From NCBI GenBank assembly GCA_038087875.1, contig CM075995.1, forward strand, positions 7,194,001-7,258,000: DNA of 64,000 nucleotides. Direction: 5' to 3'. Numbering within the stretch: the first letter of the stretch is position 1; every line of letters starts with the position of its first letter. This DNA comes from Malacoraja senta. Its lineage: Eukaryota. The notes below the pieces were generated by a model. The model ran no database searches and was not told the DNA's origin. It worked only from the letters and a program-made list of their open reading frames with translations. Below are positions 22,697 through 35,643 of the stretch, piece by piece. Both the position numbers and the translations under genes were made by a program.

Positions 22697-24967
22697 TTGC
22701 TGTCTGTCCTGCACAGTGGAGGGTGAATGTGCTAATCTGTCAGGCATTTCCAGTCTGCCGGTTGGAGAGGCTGAGGTTTCCACATTGGCTCAGCTGCTGG
22801 ACGGATGCCCGTGGACTGCTTCTGGGCAAACATTCCCCTCCGCATCAACAAACGGCAGCGCAGAGCTGCACTTGCTGCCTCGCGGCTCCAGAGAACCCCG
22901 GGTGTTGTCTGTGGCCTTGTGAGTTTGTACCTTCTCCCCGTGACCTGCGTGGGTTTTCCCCGGGTGCGCCGGTTTTTTTCCTCGCACACCCAATGACGTG
23001 CGTGTTTCTGTAAATTGTTTCCGGTGTGTCGTAAGGCCATGACAAATAGACTACGGAGAAGAATTAGGCCATTCGGCCCATCAATTCTACTCCGCCGTTC
23101 AATCATGGCTGATCTATCTCTACCTCCTAACCCCATTCTCCTGCCTTCTCCCCACAACATAGAAACATAGACAATAGGTGCAGGAGTAGGCCATTCGGCC
23201 CCTTCGAGCCAGCACCGCCTTTCAATGCGATCATGGCTGATCATCCCCAATCAGTACCCCGTTCCTGCCTTCCTCCCCATGTCCCTTGATTCCTTTAGCC
23301 CCAAGAGCTTTTTCCAACTCTCTCTTAAATACTTCCAGTGAATTGGCCTCCACTGCCTTCTGTGGCAGAGAATTCCACAGATTCACAACTCTCTGGCTGA
23401 AACAGTTTTTCCTCATCTCAGTCCTAAATAGCCGACTCCTTATTCTTAAACTGTGACCCCTAGTTCTGGACTCCCCCAACATCAGGACCATTTCTCCTGC
23501 ATCTAGCCTGTCCAATCCCATAAGAATTTTATATGTTTAAATTTTTTTTATCCACATACCTGTCCATATGACACTTAAATGTGCTGATGGTACCATGTTC
23601 CCGACACCCCTACAATACAATACAATACCATTTATTGTCATTTGAACCTCAAATGAGGTTCAAACGAAATTTGGTTTCTGCAGTCGTACAAACAAGTAAA
23701 AAGAACCAAGACACAACACAATTTACACAAACATCCATCACAGTGAATCTCCTCCTCGCTGTGATGGAAGGCAAAGACTTATCTCTCCCCTGCACTCCCC
23801 ATTCTCCTCCCGATGTCAGAGTCAGAGCCCTGACACCCGTACTAATCAAGAATCTATCTATCTCTGACTTGGCCTCCACAGCCTTCTGTGACCAAGAATT
23901 CCACAGATTCACCCCCCTCTGACTAAAGAAATTCTTTCTCACCTCCTTCCTAAACGGACAACCTTGGTGTGTTTTCCCGCTGTATATCTATACTAGAATG
24001 GAGGAGGAGGCATTTACAACAGTGGTATTTAAGAGGTTTTTGGATGGGTGCATGACTATGCATTGAAATGTGGGATCATGTCCAAACCGATGATATTAGT
24101 TCATCTTAGATGTGGGCTGCAGGGGCTGTTCCTCTAGTGCACTGTTCCATGTGTTTTTAATACCTCGTGCACAAGATCATAAGAGGAATAGATCGGGTGG
24201 TGGCACAGAGTCACTTGCCCAGAGTCGGGGAATCGAGAACCAGAGGGCATAGGTTTAATGTGAAGGGGAAGGATTTTGTAGAAATCTGAGGGGTAACATT
24301 TCCCACACAAAGGGTGGTGGGTGCATGGAACGAGCTGCCGGAGGAGGTAGTTGAGGCAGGGATTATCGCAACGTTTAAGAAGCAATTAGACACTCCCCAG
24401 AGATGCTGCCTGTCCCGCTGAGTTACTCCAGCTCTTCGGTACATGGATAGGACAGGTTTAGCGGGGTTTGGGCCAAACGCAGGCAGGTGGTGGACATGTT
24501 GGCCGGTGTGGGCAAGTCGGGCCGAAGGGCCTGTATCCACTCTCTATGACTCCATGGCTCTATGACTAATTAACCGGCTAACCTGCACCTCTTTGGGATG
24601 TTAAGAGGGAAACCAGGTCACCCGGAGAAAACCCACGCGGTCCCAGGGAGAACGTACAAACGTACAAGACAGCACCCGAGGTCAGGATCGAACCTGGGTC
24701 TCTGACGCTGTGAGGCAGCAGCTCTACCAGCTGCGCCACCGTGCCGCCTTAATTAATAAAACAGCCAGCACCTCTTTGGCATGTGGGAGGAAACCTGAGC
24801 CACCGAAGGAAATCCATATCGTTAGAGGGAGACCATTTACTGTATTTTTAAACGTGGAATCGTTTCTTTGGGCATGTATTAATTTTGCTCAACGGGTTTA
24901 AAGTGACACTTCAGGTTATTGAGAATCTCTTGGTGGAAAGGATTGCTCTTTAAGGATTTAGTAGACA

Positions 24968-26667
24968 CAGTGCCCTCCATAATGTTTGGGACAAAAGACC
25001 CATCATTTATTTATTAGCCTCTGTACTCCACAATTTGAGATTTGCAATAGAAAAAAAATCACATGTGGTTAAAGTGCACGTTGTCAGATTTTAATAAAGG
25101 CCATTTTTATACATTTTGGTTTCACCATGTAGAAATTAAAGCAGTGTTTATACATAGTCCCCCCCCCCCCTCCGCCGTTTCAGGGCACCATAATGTTTGG
25201 GACACAGCAATGTCATGTAAATGAAAGTAGTCATGTTTAGTTTTTTTTTGCATATCCTTCGCATGCAATGACTGCTTGAAGTCTGCGATTCATGGACATC
25301 ACCAGTTGCCGGGTGTCTTCTCTGGTGATCCTCTGCCAGGCCTGTATTGCAACCATCTTTAGCTTATGCTTGTTTTGGGGGGCTAGTCCCCTTCAGTTTT
25401 CTCTTCAGCATATAAAAGCAGGCATGAGATTTCTCCGCGGATTTTGAAATTCGGTTAAAAAAAAAATCTAACTCTCCACTATAAATGGCTTTCCACGATT
25501 TTAGCGGAAAGCGTGTACGTGGGGTGCGAGCCGACTGTCTTTGCGTGCGCATCTCTACAGCAAGCGCTCAGCATATGTGGAGTAGCGGTTTTCTTCTGTC
25601 CCTTAGGCCTGCGTACTGGTGTTGGGGCGGGGAGCACAGAGTTACATACGCGTACACAACGCTCACACTGTACGTACGGCCCTGGTACGTACGTGCGCTC
25701 TCCATCCAACCAGACTCTGCGGAGCTGACAGTACAAAATGTATAAGCGTGTATACGTATGTTCAATATGACTTAAGTGTAAACAAGCCAGGAGTTGGTGC
25801 CATTTTAAGATATGATTATCACAAATTTCTGAGTAAATTAAGAAGTGACAAGCAAATAAAATGTGTTATATTAAGGTACAATTTAAAAAAAATTACAGTA
25901 TAAATTGGGTTCAGATTGGGTGATTGGCCACTCAAGAATTGACCATTTTTTAGCTTTGAAAAACTCCTTTGTTGCTTTAGCAGTAGGTTTTGGATCATTG
26001 TCTTGCTGTAAAATGAACCGCTGGCCAATGAGTTTGGAGGCATTTGTTTGAACTTGAGCAGATAGGATGTATCTATACACTTCAGAATTCATTATGCTAC
26101 TACCATCAGTATTTGTATCATCATGAAGATAAGTGAGCCAGTACCTTCAGCAGCCATACATGCCCAGCCATAACACCCCCACACCGTGTTTCACAGATGA
26201 GGTGGTATGTTTTGGATCTTGGGCAGTTCCTTCTCTCCTCCATATTTTGCTCGTGCCATCACTCTGATATGTTAATCTTCGTCTCATCTGTCCACAAGAC
26301 CTTTTTCCAGAACTGTGGTTGCTCTTTTAAGTACTTCTTGGCAAACTGTAACCGGGCCATCCTATTTTTGCAGCTAACCAGTAGTTTGCATCTTTCAGTG
26401 TAGCCTCTGTATTTCTGTTCATGAAGTCTTCTGCAGACAGTGGTCATTGACAAATCCACACCTGACTCCTGAAGAGTGTTTCTGATCAGTCGGACATGTG
26501 TTTGGGGATTTTTCTTTGTTATAGAGAGAATTCTTCTGTCATCAGCTGTGGAGGTCTTCTTGGCCTGCCAGTCCCTTTGCGATTAATAAGCTCACCAGTG
26601 CTCTCTTCTTCTTAATGATGTTCCAAACCAGTTGGTTTTGGTAAAGCCTAAGGTTTGGCTGATGTCT
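24968..26667 (-). mobile_element. Tc1-family DNA transposon (IR/DR type) with decayed DD34E transposase; other end lost in the gap
   Basis: The terminus is CAGTG, with direct repeats CCATAATGTTTGGGACA at 24977-24993 and 25188-25204. Minus-strand translation shows KVLWTDETKIN, QQDNDPK, EWP, NLNPI and MLKRKLKG. Several frameshifts and an internal insertion are present. Confidence 0.92.
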
Positions 26668-26867
26668 NNNNNNNNNNNNNNNNNNNNNNNNNNNNNNNNN
26701 NNNNNNNNNNNNNNNNNNNNNNNNNNNNNNNNNNNNNNNNNNNNNNNNNNNNNNNNNNNNNNNNNNNNNNNNNNNNNNNNNNNNNNNNNNNNNNNNNNNN
26801 NNNNNNNNNNNNNNNNNNNNNNNNNNNNNNNNNNNNNNNNNNNNNNNNNNNNNNNNNNNNNNNNNNN
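26668..26867. other. Assembly gap (200 N)
   Basis: Run of N; the fixed length suggests a scaffolding gap of unknown true size. Confidence 0.98.
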
Positions 26868-27129
26868 CCTCTGACGACTTAAACCGATCTCCAGACTTGC
26901 AGCTCAGGGCGATTTGCGTTCTCCCAATAGATCAGAAACGCAGGTTTAAGAAGTCAGGGTGGTGCATGGTGGAAACATAGATATATAGACAATAGGTGCA
27001 GGAGTAGGACATTCGGCCCTTCGAGCCAGCACCGCCATTCAATATGATCATGGCTGATCATCCAAAATCAGTACCCCATTCCTGCTTTCTCCCCATATCC
27101 CTTGATTCTGTTAGCACTAAGAGCTATAT

Positions 27130-27710
27130 CAAGAGTCAAGGGTGTTTTATTGTCATATGTCCCGGACGGGGCAATGAAATTCTTACTTGCTGCAGCACAA
27201 CAGAATAAGTGAATATGTAAACATTGTATATAATGGGGAAAAAAAGAAAAAGCTCAATAAATAACAAATATAGTACAAATAACAAATAATAATATAGTCT
27301 TTTGTAGTTCAGAGCTCAGAGCTTATACGATGTTGTGTTTAATAGCCTGATGGCTGAGGGGAAGTAGCTATTCCTGAACCTGGACGTTACAGTCTTCAGG
27401 CTCCTGTACCTTCCTGATGGCAGAGGTGAGATGAGTGTGTGGCCTGGATGGTGTGGGTCCTTGATGATTTTGGCTGCCTTTTTGAGGCAGCGATTGCGAT
27501 AGATCCCTTCGACGGTGGGGAGGTCAGAGCCGGTGATGGACTGGGCAGTGGTCACAACTTTTTGTAGTCTCTTTCGCTCCTGGACGTTCAAGTTGCCGAA
27601 CCAGGCCACGATGCGACCAGTCAGAATGCTCTCTACCGTACACCTGTAGAAGTTTAGGAGAATCCTCTTCGACGTGCCGAATCTCCGTAATCTTCTCAGG
27701 AAGTAGAGTC
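27130..27710 (-). mobile_element. Rex1/Babar-like 3' fragment
   Basis: AWFGN...KRLQKVV..AQSITG...IIKDPHHPGH...FRNSYFPSAIRLLN. Confidence 0.8.
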
Positions 27711-28974
27711 ACTCTCTCTTGAAAACATCAGTAGAGTTGCGGCCTCACGGCGCCTGAGACACAGGTTCGATCCTGACCACAGGTGCGGTTTGTATGGAGT
27801 TTGACGTTTTTTTCTCCGGGTGCTTCTGTTTCCTCCCACACTCCGAAGACGTAGAGGTTTGGAGGTTACTTGGCTTGGTGTAACTGTAACTTTGTCCCTA
27901 GTGTGTGTAGGGTAGCACTAATGTGCGGGTATCGCTGGTCGGTGCGGACTCGGTGGGCCGGGGGGCCTGTTGCCGTGCAGTATCTCTAAACTAAATTAAA
28001 ACTAAACTAATATCTAACTGGCATCAATCCCATTTTAAAATGACGTTTCTCTGGTTTGAATTATCCATTGGAAGGCAAACTCATTCCTTGCATAGCCTGT
28101 TAATTCCTGCCATTATTGTAAATAGTATAATTTAGTTTAGAGATATAGCCCGGAAACAGGCCCTTAGGCCCACCGAGTCCACGGCGACTATCGATTGGTA
28201 CACCAGCACTATCCTACACACCAGAGAAAATTTTACAATTTTAATGAAGCCAATTAATAGACAGACAATAGACAATAGGTGCAGGAGTAGGCCATTCGGC
28301 CCTTCGAGCCAGCACCACCATTCAATGTGATCATGGCTGATCATCCCCAATCAGTACCCCGTTCCTGCCTTCTCCCCATATCCCCTGGCTCCGCTATCTT
28401 TAAGAGCCCTATCTAGCTCTCTCTTGAAAGCATCCAGAGAACCTGCCTCCACCGCCCTCTGAGGCAGAGAATTCCACAGACTCACCACTCTCTGTGAGAA
28501 AAAGTGTTTCCTCGTCTCCGTTCTAAATGGCTTACCCCTTATTCTTAAACTGTGGCCCCTGGTTCTGGACTCCCCCAACGTCGGGAACGTGTTTCCTGCC
28601 TCTAGCGTGTCCAAGCCCTTAACCATCTTAACCTACACACCTGTACGTCTTGGGAATGTGGGAGCAACCGGAGCACCCGGAGAAAACCCACGCGGTCACG
28701 GGGAGAATATATGTTCACTGCCACTACCTCATTGGTGACCCTCGGACTATCATTGATCGGACTTTGCTGGCTTTGACACGCACTAAATATTATTCCCTTA
28801 TCACTGTAAATGGATCAATTGCAATCATGTATTGTCTTTCCGCTGACTGGTTAGCACGCAACAAAAGGCTTTTCACTGTACCTCGGTACAGGTGACGATA
28901 AACTGAAATGAACAGAGGTGCTCCCTGTCCCGCTGAGTTTCTCCAGCATTTTCTGTCGACCTTCCTGGTTTATT

Positions 28975-29625
28975 ATTCAGATTCAGATTCAGATTCAGAT
29001 TCAACTTTATTGTCATTGTGCAGTGTACAGTACAGAGACAACGAAATGCAGTTAGCATCTCCCTAGAAGAGCGACATAAATATGAGCAGTAAATAAATAA
29101 ATCTAATAAATCCTGGTGGGAGGAGTGTCCGGGGGGGGGGGGGGGTGATTGGCAGTGACCGAGGTACAGTGTTGAGTAGTGTAACCGCCGCAGGGAAGAA
29201 GCTGTTCCTGGTCCGGCAACGGAGAGACCTGTAGCGCCTCCCGGATGGTAGGAGGGTAAACAGTCTGTGGTTGGGGTGAGAGCAGTCCTTGGCGATGCTG
29301 AGCGCCCTTCGCAGACAACGCTTGCTTTGGACAGACTCAATGGTGGGGAGTGAGGAACCGGTGATGCGTTGGGCAGTTTTCACCACCCTCTGCAGTGCTT
29401 TCCGGTCGGAGACAGAGCAGTTGCCGTACCATACTGTGATACAGTTGGTAAGGATGCTCTCGATGGTGCAGCGGTAGAAGTTCACCAGAATCCAAGGAGA
29501 CAGATGGACCTTCTTTAGTCTCCTCAGGAAGAAGAGACGCTGGTGAGCCTTCTTGACCAGAGTTGAGGTATTGTTGGTCCAAGAGAGGTCATCGGAGATG
29601 TTGACCCCCCAGGAACCTGAAGCTG
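28975..29625 (-). mobile_element. Rex1/Babar-like 3' fragment
   Basis: NFYRCTIESILTNCITVWYGN...LLPSGRRYRSL..NSFFPAA, with a (CTGAAT)n tail. Confidence 0.82.
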
Positions 29626-30644
29626 GGGGTCAACATTATTGCCTTGCGTGCAGTTATCCGGGTCGACCACACCACAGTCACGTGATTACAATCAATCCAC
29701 GCATGAGCACAAAAGGTCATGGGAAAAGTGAAAGGAAGCAGAGTGAGGTGTGTGGTGTTGCAGCTGCGGAGAAAGTGCAGATAGAAAAAAAGCGCGAGCA
29801 CCTTTAACAAGGTAGGTTGGAAGATCAGGAATACATCCTTAGTGTATGAGGAAATAAAAACACAATGTGCTGGATGGATCAGGGATGTGATGCTGAGGCT
29901 TTATGAGCCTCTGGTCAGACCGCATTTGGAGTATCGCTCCTATCACTTGAACCTATAGGGAGAGAATACGTGACAATCAACTAATCTATCTATTCCCTGC
30001 ATTTCCATGTGCCGATCGAAAAGCCTCTTAAACACCACTATCGTATCTGCCTCCACCACCATTCTTGACAGCGCGTTCCAGGCGCCCACCACCCTCTGTG
30101 TAAAAAAACCTGCCCGCACATCTCCTTTTAGACTTTCTCCTCTCACCGTATAGCCATGCCCTCTAGTGTTGGACATTTTCCACCCTGGGGAAAAGGTTCT
30201 GACTGTTCACAAGTGATAGGAACAGAATTAGGCCATTCGGCCCATCACGTCTACTCCGCCATTGAATCAGAAGAATCAGAATCAGAATCAGATTTGATTC
30301 GCCAAGTGTGTTTTGCAGCATACAAGGAATTTCACTGGCCGGGTCAGTCATACAATTGAAAGCAACAGGCTCAAAAACACATTTAAACATGAACATCCAC
30401 CACAGTGCCTCCTACACATTCCTCACTGTGATGGAAGGCGAAATAAAGTTTGTCCTTCCCTTGTGTTCTTCCTTGGTCGGGGGCCTTGAGCCCCCCCCCC
30501 CCCCCCGTTGACGGGACGCTTGACTCCCGTAGCCGGCGGCGTTCTGGCCCTCCGCATCGAGGCGTTCAAGGCTGATCTATCCCTCCCTCCTAATCCCATT
30601 CTCTTGCTTTCTCCCCATAACCCCTGACACCCGTGCTGATCAAG

Positions 30645-31393
30645 TATCTAGGAAAAGGGGAGATGCAGCGAGACCTGGGTGTCATGGTACACCAGTCACT
30701 GAATGTAGGCATGCAGGTGCAGCAGGCAGTGAAGAAAGCGAATGGTATGTTAGCTTTCATAGCAAGAGGATTTGAGTATAGGAGCAGGGAGGTTCTACTG
30801 CAGTTGTACAGGGTCTTGGTGAGACCACACCTGGAGTATTGCGCACAGTTTTGGTCTCCAAATCTGAGGAAGGACATTATAGCCATAGAGGGAGTACAGA
30901 GAAGGTTCACCAGACTGATTCCTGGGATGTCAGGACTGTCTTATGAAGAAAGACTGGATAGACTTGGTTTATGCTCTCTAGAATTTAGAAGACTGAGGGG
31001 GGATCTTATAGAAACGTACAAAATTCTTAAGGGGTTGGACAGGCTAGATGCAGGAAGATTGCTCCCGATGTTGGGGAAGTCCAGGACAAGGGGTCACAGC
31101 TTAAGGATAAGGGGGAAATCCTTTAAAACCGAGATGAGAAGAACCTTTTTCACACAGAGAGTGGTGAATCTGTGGAACTCTCTGCCACAGAGGGTAGTCG
31201 AGGCCAGTTCATTGGCTATATTTAAGAGGGAGTTAGATGTGGCCCTTGTGGCTAAAGGGATCAGGGGGTATGGAGAGAAGGCAGGTACGGGATACTGAGT
31301 TGGATGATCAGCCATGATCATATTGAATGGCGGTGCAGGCTCGAAGGGCCGAATGGCCTACTCCTGCACCTATTTTCTATGTTTCTATGTTTC
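30645..31393 (+). mobile_element. CR1-clade LINE 3' fragment (subfamily with TTCTATGT tail)
   Basis: Open ORF2 C-terminus RDLGV...KKANGML...LVRPHLEYC...RLRGDLIETYKI...RTRGH...FFTQRVVNLWNSLP; 3'UTR ends in (TTCTATGT)n. Confidence 0.9.
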
Positions 31394-31694
31394 TATCTAT
31401 CTATCTCTGCCCCAAAAATATCTATTGACTTGACCTCCACAGCCTCCTGTGGCAAAGAGTTCTACAGATTCACCAATTCTTCACCCAATCTATTTCTCTC
31501 ATAATTTTATATACTTCTATCGAGTCTCCCCTCAACCTCCAAAGTCCCAGAGAAAACAATCCAAGTCTATCCAACCTCTCCCTGGGGCTGAAACTCTCTA
31601 ATCCAGGCAGCATTCTGGTAAAGCTCTCTGATAAACCTTCTCCAGAGCCCCCACATCTTTCCTGTAACATGGCGACCAGAAATCAGTTTAGTTT

Positions 31695-32310
31695 AAGTAA
31701 GTAAGTAAGTTTATTGGCCAAGTATTCACATACAAGGAATTTGCCTTGGTGCTCCGCCCCCCACAAGTAACAACATGACATACAGTGACAGTTACGAATG
31801 ACTCAGAAAACACTAAACATTAATAATAATCAGACATTAATGATAAAACACCATTGATCAAGCATGTGGACCAACAAAATACCAGATCAAAGGGAGGCTA
31901 CAGATTTTTGGCTGTTGAGTAGAGCAACTACTCGTGGATTAAAAACTGTTTTTATGTCTGGCTGTGGCAGCTTTGACAGTCCGGAGTCGCCTTCCAGAGG
32001 GAAGTGATTCAAAGAGTTTGTGGCCAGGGTGAGAGGGGTCAGAGATGATCTTGCCCGCTCGCTTCCTGGCCCTTGCAGTGTACAGTTCATCAATGGAGGG
32101 AAGGTTGCAGCCAATAACCTTCTCTGCTGATCGGACGATTCGCTGCAGCCTCCAGGTGTCGTGCTTGGTGGCTGAGCCAAACCAGACCATGATGGAGAAG
32201 GTGAGAACAGACTCTACGATGGCCGTGTTGAATTGGACCATCATTGCCTGTGGCAGATTGTGTTTCCTCAGCTGCCGCAGGAAGTACATCCTCTGTTGTG
32301 CCTTTTTGTC
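31695..32310 (-). mobile_element. Rex1/Babar-like 3' fragment (same family as 7870-8277)
   Basis: KKAQQRMYFLRQLRK...SHPGHKLFESLPSGRRLR. Confidence 0.82.
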
Positions 32311-32329
32311 ACGTGTGTAGGATCTACTG

Positions 32330-32548
32330 CAGGGGTTCCCAACCTTTTTCGTCCCGTTTACTCCTGGCAACTTTAATAGCACGTAACAATGCTATTTCAT
32401 TTATTTATGAACAACTAATAATGAACAGATACTGGTATACCAGAACCACACACAGTCAAGTCAACGAGAAAAAATATGTGCAAATCCAGAATCAATAAAT
32501 TTACCCCCTGGGAAGGTGAAATTTACCCCCCTGGATTGGGAACCCTCG
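32330..32548. mobile_element. hAT (Charlie-like) MITE
   Basis: Ends CAGGGGTTCCCAACC and GGATTGGGAACCCTCG, degenerate 8-bp TSD ATCTACTG/ATCTATCG, and subterminal TTTACCCCC repeats. Confidence 0.65.
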
Positions 32549-32657
32549 ATCTATCGAATCCCACGACAGAAAGCAAAGAACACACGACGGTTAGCTGAGC
32601 CAGACACCTTGTGTCACCTTTATTCCCGAAGCCCCTTTTACCTACATTCTCACCAAT

Positions 32658-33425
32658 CAATAGACAATAGACAATAGGCCCTTCGAGCCAGCACCGCCAT
32701 TCAATAGACAATAGACAATAGGTGCAGGAGTAGGCCATTCGGCCCTTCGAGCCAGCACCACCATTCAATAGACAATAGTCAATAGACAATAGGTGCAGTA
32801 GTAGGCCATTCGGCCCTTCGAGCCAGCACCGCCATTCAATGTGATCATGGCTGATCGTCCACAATCAGTACCCCGTTCCTGCCTTCTCCCCATATCCCCC
32901 GACTCCGCTATCTTTAAGTGCCCTATCTAGCTCTCTCTTGAAAGTAACCAGAGAAGCCGCCTCCACCGCCCTCTGAGGCAGAGAATTCCACACACTCACA
33001 ACTCTCTGTGAGAAAACGTGTTTCCTCGTCTCCGTTCTAAATTGCTTACCCCTTATTCTTAAACAGTGGCCCCCTGGTTCTGGACTCCCCCAACATCGGG
33101 AACATGTTTCCTGCCTCCAGCGTGTCCAAGCCCTTAATAATCTTATATGTTTCAATGATATACCCTCTCATCCTTCTAAACTCCAGAGTGTACAAGCCCA
33201 GCTGCTCCATTCTCTCAGCATATGACAGTCCCCGCCATCCCGGGAATTAAACCTGGTGAACCTAGGCTGCACTCCCTCAATAGCAAGAATGTCCTTCCTC
33301 AAATTAGGGGGACGAAAACTGCACACAATACTCCAGGTGTGGTCTCACTAGGGCCCTGTACAATTGCAGAAGGACCTCTTTGCTCCGATATTCGATTCCT
33401 CTTGTTATAAAGGCCAACATGCCAT
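32658..33425 (-). mobile_element. CR1 LINE 3' fragment with stuttered 3' end
   Basis: Reverse-complement CR1 ORF2 end and 3'UTR, with three successive tail blocks. Confidence 0.85.
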
Positions 33426-35160
33426 TAAGAGCTAAATCGAACTCCCTTGTGAATACATCTTAGAACATTTCAGAATCTTAGAACTTTAACAATCTTAGAA
33501 TCTAATCACAATTGGAAGCGGTGCATCGGAAACAACGAGGTCCCGCTTCATTTAACAGGTTGCCTTGCCGAGCTGCAGATAAGGCCAATTAGTGCGTCTG
33601 GCCTTGGAGTTGTTATTGAGCTCTTGTGGCTGGACCTTGTCGTGAGGCTGCTGGTGAGTCGCCAGCGGTAACAGCCTGAATGCAAAACCAACGTGGGCGT
33701 GAAGGCTCCCACACGTGTATCGAGGTACAGTGACTAGCTTTTGCAAACCAGCCAGCGGGAAGACAATGCACGATTACAATCGAGCCATTCGCAGTGTACG
33801 GGCACACGAGAAAGGGAATGACGTTTGCCGCGAGCGAAAGCCAGGAAGGTCCGATCAAAGTAAACCTATGTGTGAGACAAAGGGGTTGAAGAGTTGCCAA
33901 TTGTGAAGCCAGAGGAAGGAATGTGGGTGGAAGGGGAGGGGAGAAATAACTGGGAGTCTAGGTGGGGCAGAGGGGAGAGGGTGCGGTGGTAGATGGGAGG
34001 TCCTTTCAACAATCTGGTAACAAATGGGGCCGGAGGTCATAGCTTCGGAGAGAGCTAGATAGGGCTCTTAAAGATAGCGGAGTCAGGGATATGGGGAGAA
34101 GGCAGGAACGGGGTACTGATTGGGGATGATCAGCCATGATCACATTGAATGGCGGTGCTGGCTCGAAGGGCCGAATGGCCTACTCCTGCACCTATTGTCT
34201 ATTGTCTATTGTAAAGGACGTTCTTTTAGGAAGGAGATGAGGAGGAATTTCTTTAGTCAGAGGGTGGTGAATCTGTGTAATTCTTTGCCACTGAAGGCTG
34301 TGGAGGCCAAGTCAATTGATATAGATAGATTCTTGATTAGTACAATGGATATCTCCAAGTCAATGGAGATAGATAGATTCTTGATTAGTACGGGTGTCAG
34401 GGGTTACGGGGAGAAGGCAGGAGAATGGGGTGAGGTGGGTGAGATAGATCAGCCGTGATTGAACGGCGGAGTAGACATGACGGGCCGAATGGCCTAATTC
34501 TGCTCCTATCACTTATGATCTTATGGGGCGGCACGGTGGTGTAGCGGTAGAGTTGCTGCCTCACAGCGCCAGAAAACCCTGCTGCGATCCTGACTACGGG
34601 TGCTGTCTGCGCGGAGTTTGTACGTTCTCCCCGTGACCTGCGTGGGTTTTCTCCGAGATCTTCGGTTTCCTCCAACGCTCCTAAGACGTGCAGGTTTGTA
34701 GGTTAATTGGCTTCGGTAAAGCCATAAGGTCCGAGGAGGTGGATAGTAGGTTCAGCGGGGCATGCAATACTCCAAATGCAGCCACACCAAAGTCCTATAG
34801 AGCTTTGTGTCGGAAGGAACTGCAGATGCTGGTTTAAATCGAAGGTAGACACAAAATGCTGGAGTAACTCAGCGGGACAGGCTGCATCTCTGGAGAGAAG
34901 GAATGGGTGACGTTTCGGGTCGAGACCAGACTGGTGATTCAGACTTCAGACTCATATAGAGCTTCCATTGATCAACTAATCAAAGCTAATCCAGTGTGAA
35001 ATATTATCTTCAATGGACTTGGTGTTCAGTGTGTTTAATAATTCCATAGATATCAAAGCCGTGAGATGTGTTCAGAATGGGCTGCTGATGAAATGAGAGC
35101 AAGGAATTCATAAGGACCAGACTTTGTAGGGTTTGGGGAACCAGTCGCAAGGATATGAGT

Positions 35161-35643
35161 AGACAATAGACAATAGACAATAGACAATAGGTGCAGGAGC
35201 AGGCCATTTGGCCCTTCGAGCCAGCACCGCCATTCAATGTGATCATGGCTGATCATCCCCAATCAGTACCCCGTTCCTGCCTTCTCCCCATATCCCCTGA
35301 CTCCGCTATCTTTAAGAGCCCTATCTAGCTCTCTCTTGAAAGCATCCAGAGAACCTGCCTCCACCGCCCTCTGAGGCAGAGAATTCCACAGACTCACCAC
35401 TCTGTGAGAAAAACGTGTTTCCTCGTCTCCGTTCTAAATGGCTTACCCCTTATTCTTAAGCTGTGGCCCGTGGTTCTGGACTCCCCCAACATCGGGAACA
35501 TGTTTCCTGCCTCTAGCGTGTCCAAGCCTTAACAATCTTATATGTTTCAATGAGATCCCCTCTCATCCTTCTCAACTCCAGAGTGTACAAGCCCAGTTGC
35601 TCCATTCTCTCAGCATATGACAGTCCCGCCATCCCGGGAATTA
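35161..35643 (-). mobile_element. CR1 LINE 3' fragment
   Basis: (AGACAAT)n tail and CR1 ORF2 C-terminus on the minus strand. Confidence 0.85.

Noticed and set aside
30633..31298. 221-aa ORF as a host gene
   Set aside because: It is a 5'-truncated CR1 ORF2 C-terminus, repeated throughout the window.
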